Shown: one piece after another, positions 38,120-48,562 of the stretch
Position numbering within the stretch: the stretch's first letter is position 1
How the letters are laid out: each line of letters starts with the position of its first letter
Origin: Pseudomonadota bacterium
GTDB taxonomy: Bacteria > Pseudomonadota > Gammaproteobacteria > JAADHS01
Reading direction: 5' to 3'
NCBI GenBank assembly: GCA_021821045.1
Contig: JAKACW010000015.1
Location: 4,713 to 68,712 of the forward strand
DNA length: 64,000 bases
The notes under the pieces: model-generated
The model's input: the letters and a program-made list of their open reading frames with translations, nothing else
Database searches by the model: none
Told to the model about the DNA's origin: nothing
Program-made: the position numbers and the translations under genes

Positions 38120-40693
38120 ATGAAAAACAAAGACAAATCGTCCGACACCACACTGCCCGAGGTGCGTCACTTCACCTCGAGTTCGCCGCGCGCCAAAACC
38201 AAAGGCATCGTTGTCGAAAAGGTGCGACCTGGCTCTGAGACGGCGCGTTTCATGGAGCGCATGGAAATCCACCGCCTCAAGCGCCCATGTCAGGAACCCA
38301 TCGACCTGCGCGGCAAAGTCACCGGCACGGTTCGCGCCTATTTCTATTCGAACGTGACCCATTGGCTGGACGATGCGTCACATCGCATTTTTAGAGACGG
38401 ACTCAGCCACAATCGCGGCGTCTTCACGGTCGGCACCTTCGAAACCATCGTCGGTCACCGCCATGTCGTCGACACCAAGCCGGTCGGCGCGCCGCAAGCT
38501 AAACCGACTGTGCAAAAAGCCGCGCCCAAGAATCCTGCGCCGTCGGCGGCACCGGCCGCAGCAACGCCAACCGCTCCAACACCCAGCGCCCCCGCGGCGG
38601 CGATCGCGGCAAAGAACCATCACGAATATTTCAAGCGCGCAAACCCGGACATCGTGCCGTTTGGCTACTACCGCAAACGCAAGGAAGAGCGCTACGTCCA
38701 TGCTTTGTCGGTCGAGCTGGGCATCGACACCGCGACGTTCAAAGGTCAAACCGTGGATTTCTCTTTCCACGGCTTGCAACTGGTGCTGGATGAGGTCGTG
38801 GCCGTCGCCCCCGATTCATCCGTAGAGGTCCGCTTCCGATTCGACAACCTGGGAGCGGGTGAGGTCATGCCGTGCACCTACCGCGCCGTGGCGGTGAAGA
38901 CAGAGAAGCGGGAAACGCTGATATCGCTGACGCTCGACGAAGACGAGAACAGCGTGCGCTACGGCAAAATAAAGCAGTTTTTCGATCGCATCGCCCGCCG
39001 CGCCAAAGTGGACGCGCTCGACGACGTGATCACCACGCGCGCCCTTGCGTATCAGCATTTTTACTCCGCCTCCCTCGGACACGCGCCAATGTTCTTTCGC
39101 ATCGACAGCGAAGGCCGGCCGTGGATCGAGGCCATCGCCCGCACGCCGTCCAACGAACACGTCTTGTCGTTTTTTGCCACCGGCGCCGACAGCTACGATT
39201 TCTCGCCTTTGCGCATTCCGTCGCGCATTGCCCATCTGTGCCTTAACGTGGCTGCGGCGCGCTTCTCCTACGACCCCTCGATGCCGGATGATCGGCCGAT
39301 CGGCGAACTCAATCTTATCGTGTTCAGAGATCTAAACGGCAACCTTCATTCCGTCGCCGAGCACGAAATCGGCTCACCCGGCGAATGGACCCGTTTGTTG
39401 CGCCACGCGCTGATCCACCACCAATACCGCGTTTTCAAACTGCTCGTCGTGTACATCAAGGAGCATCACCACGAGAAATCCATCCGATCGACGATCGGGC
39501 TGGCGCAAAGAAATCTGGACGCCGCCAAAACACTTGTCAGCGCCTTTCGCGGATTCATCGCCGTTGGGCAACTGTCGGATGTCACTCTGGAACAAAAAAC
39601 CTGGCTGAGCAACACGCTGGGCCCCGGCGACACGGGGATCGATTTGACGGCCCTGCAAACCTGGGTGAACGGCGAACGCCGGTCTCTCCAAGACCCCACG
39701 GCGGCGCCCGAGCACAGCGAAGCGCTGCTGGCACCGCCGGAGGTGCGCACGTTTGGTGACTTTGTCGTGCGCCGCGAAGATCGATACATCGCGCGTACCA
39801 AGGCCGAGATCGAGATTAACGGCATACGCTACCAGGCGACGACGCGAGATTTATCGGTGAGAGGTCTGTCATTGTATGTCGATGATCAGGTCGAACTCAC
39901 CCAAGGCCAAGGCGTTGCCGTCGGCCTGCTCAGCTTCGGCAAGAAAACCTACAACTTCGACCTTCGGAATATGCGCTATCGCGTCGTCAATTTCTCGCAC
40001 GACACGCCGACGCTGATTCAACTCGAACGGGAGAAGGACGCCGACTGGGACGACATCACGGAGTTCTTCAAGGAAATCATCGCCATCAACCAGGACAAAC
40101 TGTCGCTGTGCCTGAATGATGCGCAGACAACGGCCAAGGCCCGCCTGTTCGAAGACATCTATTCGTCACATGTGCCGACGATCCCATTTTTCGTCGCGCG
40201 CGATGCCCAGGGCCGGCTTTATGTCCGCCGGGTCGTCGTCTCCGAGTTCACGTCCGAACTGGCCGACTTCTTTTACCTGGACAAGAATTTTCTCGATTAC
40301 CGCGCGATGAATGATCCCGCCATTCTCAAATCGTTTGAAAAGGCCCTGGCGGCGAAACAACCTTCGCAGCACACGCTGTATTTTTACAAGGAAGACGACC
40401 GCGAAAGCGGCAAAACCGTGATTAGAAGCGCTTCGAACGGAACACTGGGCGACTACGAAGACCAGGTCGCCTTCATCAGGAACGCGTTTCGGTCCGGCGA
40501 GTACCGCTTCATGAGCGTACGGTTGGCGCCGGTCTCCAAACCGAAGTCACAATTGATCAATCCGGCACTGGATGCGCTGCGGGACATTGCCGCTCAGGAT
40601 TGCAGCGCCCTCGACGGGGAGCTGGCCGGCATCGTGGCCGTTGGCGAGATGCTGGATATAACGCGAGATGTGCGGTCGGCGATACTCGGTTAG
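38120..40693 (+). CDS. Large (857 aa) multi-PilZ-domain protein
   Basis: PilZ signatures occur at about aa 180-260 (RKRKEERY ... DFSFHGLQL) and about aa 555-640 (RREDRY ... DLSVRGLSLY). There is a possible degenerate third PilZ at the N-terminus and a Pro/Ala-rich linker. About 450 aa have no recognisable domains. Confidence 0.8.
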   Translation: MKNKDKSSDTTLPEVRHFTSSSPRAKTKGIVVEKVRPGSETARFMERMEIHRLKRPCQEPIDLRGKVTGTVRAYFYSNVTHWLDDASHRIFRDGLSHNRGVFTVGTFETIVGHRHVVDTKPVGAPQAKPTVQKAAPKNPAPSAAPAAATPTAPTPSAPAAAIAAKNHHEYFKRANPDIVPFGYYRKRKEERYVHALSVELGIDTATFKGQTVDFSFHGLQLVLDEVVAVAPDSSVEVRFRFDNLGAGEVMPCTYRAVAVKTEKRETLISLTLDEDENSVRYGKIKQFFDRIARRAKVDALDDVITTRALAYQHFYSASLGHAPMFFRIDSEGRPWIEAIARTPSNEHVLSFFATGADSYDFSPLRIPSRIAHLCLNVAAARFSYDPSMPDDRPIGELNLIVFRDLNGNLHSVAEHEIGSPGEWTRLLRHALIHHQYRVFKLLVVYIKEHHHEKSIRSTIGLAQRNLDAAKTLVSAFRGFIAVGQLSDVTLEQKTWLSNTLGPGDTGIDLTALQTWVNGERRSLQDPTAAPEHSEALLAPPEVRTFGDFVVRREDRYIARTKAEIEINGIRYQATTRDLSVRGLSLYVDDQVELTQGQGVAVGLLSFGKKTYNFDLRNMRYRVVNFSHDTPTLIQLEREKDADWDDITEFFKEIIAINQDKLSLCLNDAQTTAKARLFEDIYSSHVPTIPFFVARDAQGRLYVRRVVVSEFTSELADFFYLDKNFLDYRAMNDPAILKSFEKALAAKQPSQHTLYFYKEDDRESGKTVIRSASNGTLGDYEDQVAFIRNAFRSGEYRFMSVRLAPVSKPKSQLINPALDALRDIAAQDCSALDGELAGIVAVGEMLDITRDVRSAILG

Positions 40694-40727
40694 CCGTTCA
40701 TGAGCCCACCGGCAATTCGTCGGGGCC

Positions 40728-41204
40728 CTAGCTGATCTCTTTGATGAACTTGTAGATCGCCGCCGCGTGACCGCGGGCGTTCACGCCGTACTGCGCCAAG
40801 CGGACGACGCCCTGCTTGTCGATGACGAACGTCGACCGAACGATGCCCATTTTCTTCTTTCCGTCTTTTTCTTTTTCCTGCCACACACCATACAGCTGGC
40901 AGGCATCGCCGTCCGTGTCCGCGAGCAAATAGACCGACAAACCATGCTTGTCGCGAAACGCCGCGTGACTGACGCAATCGTCGCGACTGATGCCGATGAT
41001 GACCGTATCCAACTCGGCGAAGTCATCGCTCAAGTTGGTGAACTCAATGGCTTCGACGGTGCACCCCGGCGTGTCATCCTTCGGATAGAAGTACAGCACG
41101 ACATTTTTCTTACCGACGAATTCGTTCAAATCGATCATATCCATGTCCGCGTCGGGCAACGCAAACATTGGAGCGGAAGATCCCACCTCGACCATGTCAA
41201 CCAT
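40728..41204 (-). CDS. bcp: Peroxiredoxin Bcp (thiol peroxidase)
   Basis: It has YFYPKDDTPGCT in the Bcp context. Confidence 0.9.
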   Translation of the reverse strand: MVDMVEVGSSAPMFALPDADMDMIDLNEFVGKKNVVLYFYPKDDTPGCTVEAIEFTNLSDDFAELDTVIIGISRDDCVSHAAFRDKHGLSVYLLADTDGDACQLYGVWQEKEKDGKKKMGIVRSTFVIDKQGVVRLAQYGVNARGHAAAIYKFIKEIS

Positions 41205-41349
41205 ACCTCAAAACATAATGGCGCCGCGGCGCCTAGGTTCGTGTTACGGCTATTGTACCGGTCTTTTTCTAGGAGAACGACTGGCTAACCGGGCACCTTT
41301 GATTTCATGCCGTGATAGCAACGTTAACGATGGGATCTTGACAAAAAGC

Positions 41350-42429
41350 TCAGGAACTGGAGAGCATTTCGGAAAGCCGGCTCAGGGTACGTTGAAAGGG
41401 AAAAGCCAAGCGCCGCCCCCGGTACAGTTGTTCAAGCGGCGCGTGCGCGCTGACGTACAAGCGAACTTGGTGATCGTACAGTGCGTCGATGAGTTGAATA
41501 AATCGGTTGGCTACGTCATCGTCGTACTCACCCAGGCTGTGTATTCCGCTGACGAACCACGTCGAGTAGCGATCACATAACTCGAGATAGTCCAGCGACG
41601 ACCGGTTTGTTTTGCACAAGGTCGCGAAATCAAACCACACGTTGCGTTCCCCGACGGCGCGAGCCGGAAAAATCCGTCCTTGAATTTCCAGATTCGCATT
41701 TGGCGTCCACGCTGGCGAGCGCAGCGCGAACCATTCGCCGAAGCGGGCTAGGTTTTCCGGCGTTTCGAGCATGAAGGCTGACAATTCACCCTTCACCGCA
41801 CGCCGGCGGAAGTCCGTTTCACCATGCAGATGCACGACATCCGTTACACGGTGAATAAGATCGATGGCGGGAAGAAAGCGCTCGCGCTGCAGGCCGTTCA
41901 GATACAGCTCCTCGGGCGCGAGATTCGATGTAAAGAAAAATACCACGCCTTGATCAACGAGGGCGTGAAGCAATCCGGACAGCAGCATGGCGTCGGCGAC
42001 ATCGTCGACGTGAAACTCGTCGAAACCGATGACGTTGTATTTCCCGGCGAGTTGGGTTGCCACGACGGGAAGTGGATCAGGGTGTCGCGGCAGTTCTCTG
42101 AGCCGGTGGTGAATCATGCGCATGAACCGCTGAAAGTGCATTCGCGTTTTCAACGGCACCGGCAACGCGTCGAAGAACATATCCATGAGCCGCGTCTTAC
42201 CGCGACCGACGCCGCCCCACAAGTAAATTCCCTTGACCGTCGCGGCGGTCGTCGCCGACGGCGTCCAAAGGCGGGTCAACAAACCGGATTTGCCGCGCGA
42301 TCCCGGCTGTCGGTTCACGAGTTGGGAATAGAGCCGTTCGAGATGAACCAACGCTTCCTGCTGCGCGGGATCGTGAACATGATTCTCCCGCCGCGCGGTC
42401 TCTTCGATGTGCTTGATCAGGGGGCTCAT
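41350..42429 (-). CDS. zapE: Cell division protein ZapE (AFG1-like ATPase)
   Basis: It has a Walker A (GGVGRGKT) and full-length ZapE/YhcM similarity. Confidence 0.9.
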   Translation of the reverse strand: MSPLIKHIEETARRENHVHDPAQQEALVHLERLYSQLVNRQPGSRGKSGLLTRLWTPSATTAATVKGIYLWGGVGRGKTRLMDMFFDALPVPLKTRMHFQRFMRMIHHRLRELPRHPDPLPVVATQLAGKYNVIGFDEFHVDDVADAMLLSGLLHALVDQGVVFFFTSNLAPEELYLNGLQRERFLPAIDLIHRVTDVVHLHGETDFRRRAVKGELSAFMLETPENLARFGEWFALRSPAWTPNANLEIQGRIFPARAVGERNVWFDFATLCKTNRSSLDYLELCDRYSTWFVSGIHSLGEYDDDVANRFIQLIDALYDHQVRLYVSAHAPLEQLYRGRRLAFPFQRTLSRLSEMLSSS

Positions 42430-42563
42430 AGTTTGCGGCGACGCCTGCGGCAGTCCTTTCTCGGCGCGAATTCAGTCGTGGCGATGGTAGCGCACTCCAC
42501 ACCAAAGGTATCGGCGCGAAGGGTGGTTTTAAAAAGAATGGAAAAGGGGGAATTCTGGACGAG

Positions 42564-42947
42564 CTAGAACGCGCTGGCGAAATAAAGCCATGGCATGACC
42601 TGGATCAGGAGCAGCCAGCCGTAGACGCGACACGGCACAGCGTGCATCCAGGCGCGCACCACCAGCAGGGCGACGGACAGCCCCAAGAAAAGGGCGGCAA
42701 GGGCCAGAAAAATCATTCCCGCCGTTGCAATGGTCCAATACACACCAGGGAAAAACAGTTCATCCAGTGCCGTGGCCGAGATACTGCCGCTGCGAACACC
42801 ATTCACGATGAATTGAGTCACAAGGAATCCGACCGAAACGGCGGTCACTCCGGTGAAATAGCACCAAGACGACAGGCCATAGGATCGCGCGCACGCGGAC
42901 GCGTTCAAGGAGGGGCTGGTGACACTTATCGGCTTAGTCAAAGGCAT
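42564..42947 (-). CDS. Hypothetical small membrane protein
   Basis: It has three or four hydrophobic helices. Confidence 0.45.
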   Translation of the reverse strand: MPLTKPISVTSPSLNASACARSYGLSSWCYFTGVTAVSVGFLVTQFIVNGVRSGSISATALDELFFPGVYWTIATAGMIFLALAALFLGLSVALLVVRAWMHAVPCRVYGWLLLIQVMPWLYFASAF

Positions 42948-43066
42948 GAACTACTTATACTCGGAGCGCCGCGCGCGGAATATCCGGACGCACACGTAAA
43001 TACGCCTCGCAAAAACCGCAACGGCGATCATCCGCCGTTAAACGAAAAATCGAACAAGCGCGAATT

Positions 43067-43939
43067 TTAAGGCAGAACTCGCGTGGCGTCGAGCCGAACG
43101 CCCAACGGTCCCCGCGGCACGTAATGAATCTCCACCTGCTCGCCCCGTTGAATTGTCACCGGGACCAACTCACCGGACGTGCCCTGCACCGTTGCGGAGC
43201 GCAAATCTTCGTATTTATAGATCCGCGCACCGTCATAGGACAGAATCAAATCACCCGGCTGAATACCGGCGCCCGCCGAGGTGGATCCCAGCATAACCTC
43301 TTGCACCATGACTCGGTTTGACTCGCCGAGCGCATACAGCATGCGATCATAGTCGTCATCCCCGAGGTCCGAGCGAAAACTTTGTTCATCGCCCGCGATT
43401 TGGTTGAGCTGCTCGCGATAGCGGTCCGAATTCAACCAACCTTCGCGAGTGGCGGTGTCCCACAGGGAAAGGCGATCCAGCGCGAACTTGTCCAATCGCT
43501 TCTTAATCTGCTCGGCCCGGCCGGGGCTGAAACCGGCCGCCGTCAAGGTCGTCACGGAATCGGTGGCGTTGGGTCGTGACGCGCCCGCGCTGGCCAATGC
43601 TTCTTCCGCCGCATTATCGGACGCCATAGCCGATCGCAAATCAGCCAACTCTCGCGCCAATTGCGCCACGTCGTTTTCGAGCTTCTCGCGCGCACGCTGC
43701 TCCGCCGTCAATTGGCCGCGCAGAGTGGCGAGTGGATCTTCAGCGGTCTCCGGCGGCTGGCGGAGGATTGCTTGGGGAGCGCTGGCAGCAATCGTTGACG
43801 GGGCAGGCTCCAGGCTCTTGGCCGCTCCGGACTCTGGCGTGACCGGAACGGGGTCCGGTTCGACCCAGTCGGCGGCCATGAACCCACCGGTCCCTGCGAT
43901 CAGGACCGCGACACCGATGTGAACCCATGTTATTCGCAT
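43067..43939 (-). CDS. Membrane-anchored PDZ-domain protein (GspC-like architecture)
   Basis: It has an N-terminal TM helix, a coiled-coil segment and a C-terminal PDZ domain (GIQPGDLILSYDGARIYKYEDL). Confidence 0.65.
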   Translation of the reverse strand: MRITWVHIGVAVLIAGTGGFMAADWVEPDPVPVTPESGAAKSLEPAPSTIAASAPQAILRQPPETAEDPLATLRGQLTAEQRAREKLENDVAQLARELADLRSAMASDNAAEEALASAGASRPNATDSVTTLTAAGFSPGRAEQIKKRLDKFALDRLSLWDTATREGWLNSDRYREQLNQIAGDEQSFRSDLGDDDYDRMLYALGESNRVMVQEVMLGSTSAGAGIQPGDLILSYDGARIYKYEDLRSATVQGTSGELVPVTIQRGEQVEIHYVPRGPLGVRLDATRVLP

Positions 43940-43964
43940 CGTAACAACTCTGTTGTTTGTTTCC

Positions 43965-45905
43965 TCATCCGCATTCTGACCGCCGTTTGAGCCGTTTGAT
44001 CATAAACCGCGCCGGGTGGATGGCTTCACGATCGGCGCGATCGACACACACCGGCGTGCCGGTGACGTAGTCGGCCACCAGCTCGGCGGCCAAAGGCGCG
44101 GTGACAAAGCCGTGCGAGCCCAACGCCGTCAATGCATAGAGGCCGGGAAGGTATTGGGCCGGGGGATATCCCCCGGGGGCTTTGCCGTGGTGCAAATCGC
44201 TATATGCGGTTTGAAAAAAGGCGGCGTCGGCGGCCGGTCCAACGACCGGTAAATAGTCCCGCGAGGCCAGGCGGGTCGACGACCAGCCCCCTGTCACGTG
44301 GGAGAGGCGCCCTTCCCAAGCGAAGGGTTGCCCGGCCAAACCGGCCAAATTGGCCTCATGCCCCGCCACAGAACTGTGATCACTAACCTCGTCGCGCACA
44401 TATGTCGCTCCGACGACGACACGGCCTTCACCGAGGGGCACAACATGCACTTCGCCTCGCACCGCGCACTTCAGGTCGCGCCACGGGCCAGCGGCAGACA
44501 GTTCGGAAAGCTGGCCACCGACCGCGCGCATTGGCAAGTCACCGCCCGGCCAGAGGCCGCGGGGCGTCCAGCCCTGGGCCAAAATCACGCAATCCGACTG
44601 CGCCAAAATGTTCCCCCGGCTATCGAGAGCGTGCCAAGCATCCCCCGCCGGGCGCAGTTGCGCCACTTCGCAGCCATGACGCAGGTCGATGGCGGCGTAG
44701 CCACCGCCCAAGGCGCGAAGCAACTGACGGGAGAAGACCCAGCCGGCGGATGGAATAAATGCAGCGGGCGATTTGGAGCCGGCGATAGCGGCACCGCAGC
44801 GCTGGCCGACCTCGGCGCCATCGATTCTCTCCAGAAAGGGCTCCAACGCCTCGTCGGTTGCGTCGGGCGCCGCACAATCGATCAGCCCACCGCGTCGCCA
44901 ACCTATATCACCGAGGGTCGCCTGCAGCTGCTCATACCATGGCGCGCTGAAGGCGAAGCTGCGCCGTAAAAATTGCGCCGAGGCCTGCCCACCGCCCGTC
45001 AGTTTCGGCGCCACAATGCTCGCGGGGCCGCCCGATGCTCCGCCACCCGGACCGTCACGGCCTTCCAGTACGGTCACTTCCCATCCCCGCCGCGCCAGGG
45101 CTGTAGCGACAGACAGACCGGCGATGCCGGCGCCGATCACGACCGCGTGCCGCGAATCGACGGGCGGCGGAGTGGCAAACCACGGCGGCGACGACAAAGC
45201 GGGAAGCGCGCCCCCTTGAAATGCGCCCTGCAGACGTTCGCGCTTACCCCCGTAGCCCGGCACCTTGGAGACCGCGAAACCAAAGCCCGTCAAGCGGCGG
45301 CGCACATCCCCCGCCGCGGTGAACGTACTGAAGGTGGTGCCGGATTTGCTCAATCGCGCCACACCACCCAACACGCCGTCATCCCACATGTCCGGGTTTT
45401 TGCGCGGCGCGAAACCGTCGAGATACCAAGCATCCACCTTGCCGGCGCAATCGTTGAGCAGGGTTGCGGCCTCCCCAATACCGAGCGTCAGGATGACCCG
45501 TCCGCGGAACAAATAACGCCGCTGATAACCTGGCACCAACGGAAACAACGACGCGACCAGTTCTTCGACATACGAGGCCAACATGGGCCAGGCCGCGGCA
45601 ACAGCCCGCATGTCGTCTGGCGAAAGCGGATTCTTCTCTACGGTGAAATAGTGCAGAACCGCGTCGGGCGGCGCCAGTTCCAACCAGCGCGCGACGGTGA
45701 GAAAAAAATTCAAGCCGGTGCCGAACCCCGTCTCACCGACAACGAAGGAACGACAACCGCGCCAGCGCTCGGGCAACCGGTTGCCGCCAATGAATACTTC
45801 GTCGACTTCTTCCAGCGCGCCGCGACGGGAGAAGTAGATGTCGCCGAACCGCACGTTCAGCGGCGACCCATTCTCCCATCCCAGCAGGGCAAACTCGACG
45901 GCCAC
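43965..45905 (-). CDS. mnmC: Bifunctional tRNA 5-methylaminomethyl-2-thiouridine biosynthesis protein MnmC
   Basis: The N-terminal methyltransferase has DAWYLDGFAPRKNPDMW. The C-terminal FAD-dependent oxidase has VIGAGIAGLSVATALARRG. Confidence 0.9.
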   Translation of the reverse strand: MAVEFALLGWENGSPLNVRFGDIYFSRRGALEEVDEVFIGGNRLPERWRGCRSFVVGETGFGTGLNFFLTVARWLELAPPDAVLHYFTVEKNPLSPDDMRAVAAAWPMLASYVEELVASLFPLVPGYQRRYLFRGRVILTLGIGEAATLLNDCAGKVDAWYLDGFAPRKNPDMWDDGVLGGVARLSKSGTTFSTFTAAGDVRRRLTGFGFAVSKVPGYGGKRERLQGAFQGGALPALSSPPWFATPPPVDSRHAVVIGAGIAGLSVATALARRGWEVTVLEGRDGPGGGASGGPASIVAPKLTGGGQASAQFLRRSFAFSAPWYEQLQATLGDIGWRRGGLIDCAAPDATDEALEPFLERIDGAEVGQRCGAAIAGSKSPAAFIPSAGWVFSRQLLRALGGGYAAIDLRHGCEVAQLRPAGDAWHALDSRGNILAQSDCVILAQGWTPRGLWPGGDLPMRAVGGQLSELSAAGPWRDLKCAVRGEVHVVPLGEGRVVVGATYVRDEVSDHSSVAGHEANLAGLAGQPFAWEGRLSHVTGGWSSTRLASRDYLPVVGPAADAAFFQTAYSDLHHGKAPGGYPPAQYLPGLYALTALGSHGFVTAPLAAELVADYVTGTPVCVDRADREAIHPARFMIKRLKRRSECG

Positions 45906-45928
45906 GCTTTAGCGCAAGGGGAGCGCGT

Positions 45929-47119
45929 TTACTTCTCGAGGCTTTGGTAATACTTCATCAAGATCGCCGCCACCTCCGGCCGCGCGAACTCCTCGGGCAG
46001 GGGCTGGCCCGCCGCCAACATGGTGCGGACCTTGGTTCCGGACAGCGTGACGAAGTCCTCGGGCTTGTGATCCGGCGCATCGCGCATCATCACAACGCGG
46101 CCCAGCTTGCGGGAAAACGCCGTATTGTCGGCTTTGAAAATCTCGATCTGCAGCGCGCCTTTCGGCACCTCTTCATCGAAGATTTTTTGAGCGTCGAACG
46201 CGCCGTAGTAGTCACCCACCCCGGCGTGATCGCGGCCGACGATGAAGTGCGTACAGCCGGTGTTTTGGCGAAAGATCGCGTGCAGCACCGCTTCCCGCGG
46301 TCCGGCATAGAGCATGTCGAAGCCGTAGCCGGTAACCATCACGGTATTGGGGGGAAAGTATACCTCCACCATCTTGCGAATCGCTGCGTCGCGAACCGGC
46401 GCCGGAATGTCGCCTTCCTTGAGCCGCCCGAGCAGCATATGGATCAGCACCCCGTCGGCCTTCGCCGCCTTCTGCGCCATCTTGCACAACTCTTCGTGGG
46501 CGCGATGCATGGGATTGCGCGTTTGAAACGCCACGACGGTGTTCCATCCGCGCTCTTTGATCTCGTTGCGGATTTCGACGGCGGTGCGAAAGGTGTCGGG
46601 AAAATCCTGTTGGAAATAACTGAAGTTCAGCACCTTGATGGGACCGGAAACGAAATACCGGCCGACCGACAGAAATGTTTTGACGCCCGGGTGGGCCGGA
46701 TCGGTGGTGCGAAAAATCTTCTCGGCCATCGCGGACATCTGCGCGTCGGTCGCTTGCTCGATGCTCTCCACGTCCTGCACCGCCAGCACCGGATTGCCGG
46801 GCAAATTCGGATCCCGCAGTGCAATGCGTTTCGCCTTTTTGATCGCGCTGACATCGGAGGTGACGTTCACGATCGGCACGGGCCAGAACAAACCGCGGGC
46901 CGTATGCATCTTCTCGCTGACCTGCAACGCGTCCTGTAGAGACATGTAGCCGGTCAACGGATTGAAATAGCCGGAGCCCAGCATCACCGCGTTGCCGGCG
47001 GCGGCGGAACTCACCACCAACGCTGGCAGCTTCTCCGCTTCTCGCGCCAGCGCATCGTGACTGTTGGAGTCATAAACGAATAAAGGATTGAGTTCGTTCG
47101 ATCCGTAAGGCTTGATCAT
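45929..47119 (-). CDS. sat: Sulfate adenylyltransferase (ATP sulfurylase)
   Basis: It has the QTRNPMHRAHE and GRDHAG motifs. Confidence 0.9.
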   Translation of the reverse strand: MIKPYGSNELNPLFVYDSNSHDALAREAEKLPALVVSSAAAGNAVMLGSGYFNPLTGYMSLQDALQVSEKMHTARGLFWPVPIVNVTSDVSAIKKAKRIALRDPNLPGNPVLAVQDVESIEQATDAQMSAMAEKIFRTTDPAHPGVKTFLSVGRYFVSGPIKVLNFSYFQQDFPDTFRTAVEIRNEIKERGWNTVVAFQTRNPMHRAHEELCKMAQKAAKADGVLIHMLLGRLKEGDIPAPVRDAAIRKMVEVYFPPNTVMVTGYGFDMLYAGPREAVLHAIFRQNTGCTHFIVGRDHAGVGDYYGAFDAQKIFDEEVPKGALQIEIFKADNTAFSRKLGRVVMMRDAPDHKPEDFVTLSGTKVRTMLAAGQPLPEEFARPEVAAILMKYYQSLEK

Positions 47120-47422
47120 TCTTCCTCCCGCATGCGCCGCACCGGCACGTTACAAAATTTGATTCAGGCTGAATTTCCCGGCCGCCCATTGTACCGCCAA
47201 TTGGATCGGCCATCGCCGCCTTTAGCGGGCGTATTCTAGCCGCTTTTGCCGCATCAATCGAGATGTTTTCCGCCGACACAGACACCCAGGCGTGCAAACC
47301 GAAGTCGTTTCCCGCACAATTGGACCAGCCCGATACCTATCCAACGTGATGACGTCCGAAGCAGGCACGTGGCAAACCGACGACCACCAGCACCCCCCAC
47401 GACTCTCTGCCATCAGTTCGGC

Positions 47423-48445
47423 ATAACCGATGCCGTCATCGCGGATCGCCTTCGATTCCTGCGACTCGCACCGAACGACGGCCGCTGGTCGGAGCAACTA
47501 CAGCGCAGCGTGATCGAACCGCATTTGGATGAAATCGTCGATTTATTTTATGCGCGACTGCTGGAGTACCCGCCGGCCGCCGCGACGCTGAGCCTCGTAC
47601 CGGACCTCGATCTGCTCAAGAGCAAACAACAACGCTATCTCCGCTCCTTGGGATGCGAATTCCACACACCAGCATACTTCGAATCGCGCCTCAAAGTCGG
47701 CGTCACCCACCTATACGTGGGAATAGAACTTGCCGTGTATCAATACGCCTTCTTCGCGCTCCAACAGCTGCTACTGGAGCGCATCCCGGCGCAGGCGCCG
47801 GACGCGCCACAGTTAGCGATGTTTCTACTCAAAATCACTGCGCTGGACATTTCGCTGGCGATCGAAGCCTACGAGGCGCGTGAAAAAATCGACTTCGGAC
47901 AGCGGATTCGCACGCTCGCCCGCAAACAAGCTTCGCTGCAGAAGCTGGCCGACATCGATACGCTGACCGGCGTTCTGCGGCGCAAGCCGATTCTTGACTT
48001 AGTGCAGCAAAAACTCTCGACCATGGCGCCGGATCAGGTCGTCTGCGTGTTGCTTGCCGATCTCGATCATTTCAAGAACGTCAACGACACTTACGGCCAT
48101 CCGGTGGGCGACTTTGTTCTCAAAGATACCGTGGAGCGCATTCGCGCCACGGTGCGACGCGTCAACCCGGTCGGACGCTATGGGGGAGAGGAGTTTCTAA
48201 TCCTGTTGTCCGAAGCGAATCTCGAGCAAGCGACCGCTATCGCCGAGCGTGTTCGCGAGCGCATCGCGGCGGCGCCAATTCAAACCGACGAGCACACGAT
48301 TCCCGTTACCATCAGCATCGGCATTGGCGCCGCGCATGGCGGCGACGATCTCGCGGAACTGATCAGGCGCGCGGACAAGGCGCTCTACGCCGCGAAACGA
48401 GCCGGTCGAAACCGAGTCGACGTTTGCGTGGCAAGCACAGCATGA
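47423..48445 (+). CDS. Globin-coupled-sensor-like diguanylate cyclase (GGDEF)
   Basis: The C-terminal GGDEF domain has an intact RYGGEEF. The N-terminal ~160 aa (LRFLRL..., EPHLDEIVDLFYARLL, GVTHLYVGIELAVYQY) resemble sensor-globin/protoglobin domains. The start is uncertain and was placed at an in-frame ATA/near-cognate region. The first ATG of the ORF at 47246 is probably too far upstream. Confidence 0.7.
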   Translation: MTDAVIADRLRFLRLAPNDGRWSEQLQRSVIEPHLDEIVDLFYARLLEYPPAAATLSLVPDLDLLKSKQQRYLRSLGCEFHTPAYFESRLKVGVTHLYVGIELAVYQYAFFALQQLLLERIPAQAPDAPQLAMFLLKITALDISLAIEAYEAREKIDFGQRIRTLARKQASLQKLADIDTLTGVLRRKPILDLVQQKLSTMAPDQVVCVLLADLDHFKNVNDTYGHPVGDFVLKDTVERIRATVRRVNPVGRYGGEEFLILLSEANLEQATAIAERVRERIAAAPIQTDEHTIPVTISIGIGAAHGGDDLAELIRRADKALYAAKRAGRNRVDVCVASTA

Positions 48446-48562
48446 GCGCCTGCAAGCCAACTCCTCGTCGATTTTCCCGTTTTCCACCTGGTCGATAGCC
48501 CCGCGATGGAGCAATCGGCGCGGCGCGCCGATAAAGTCGCTTGAGGAGAGACCCGACCCAAG

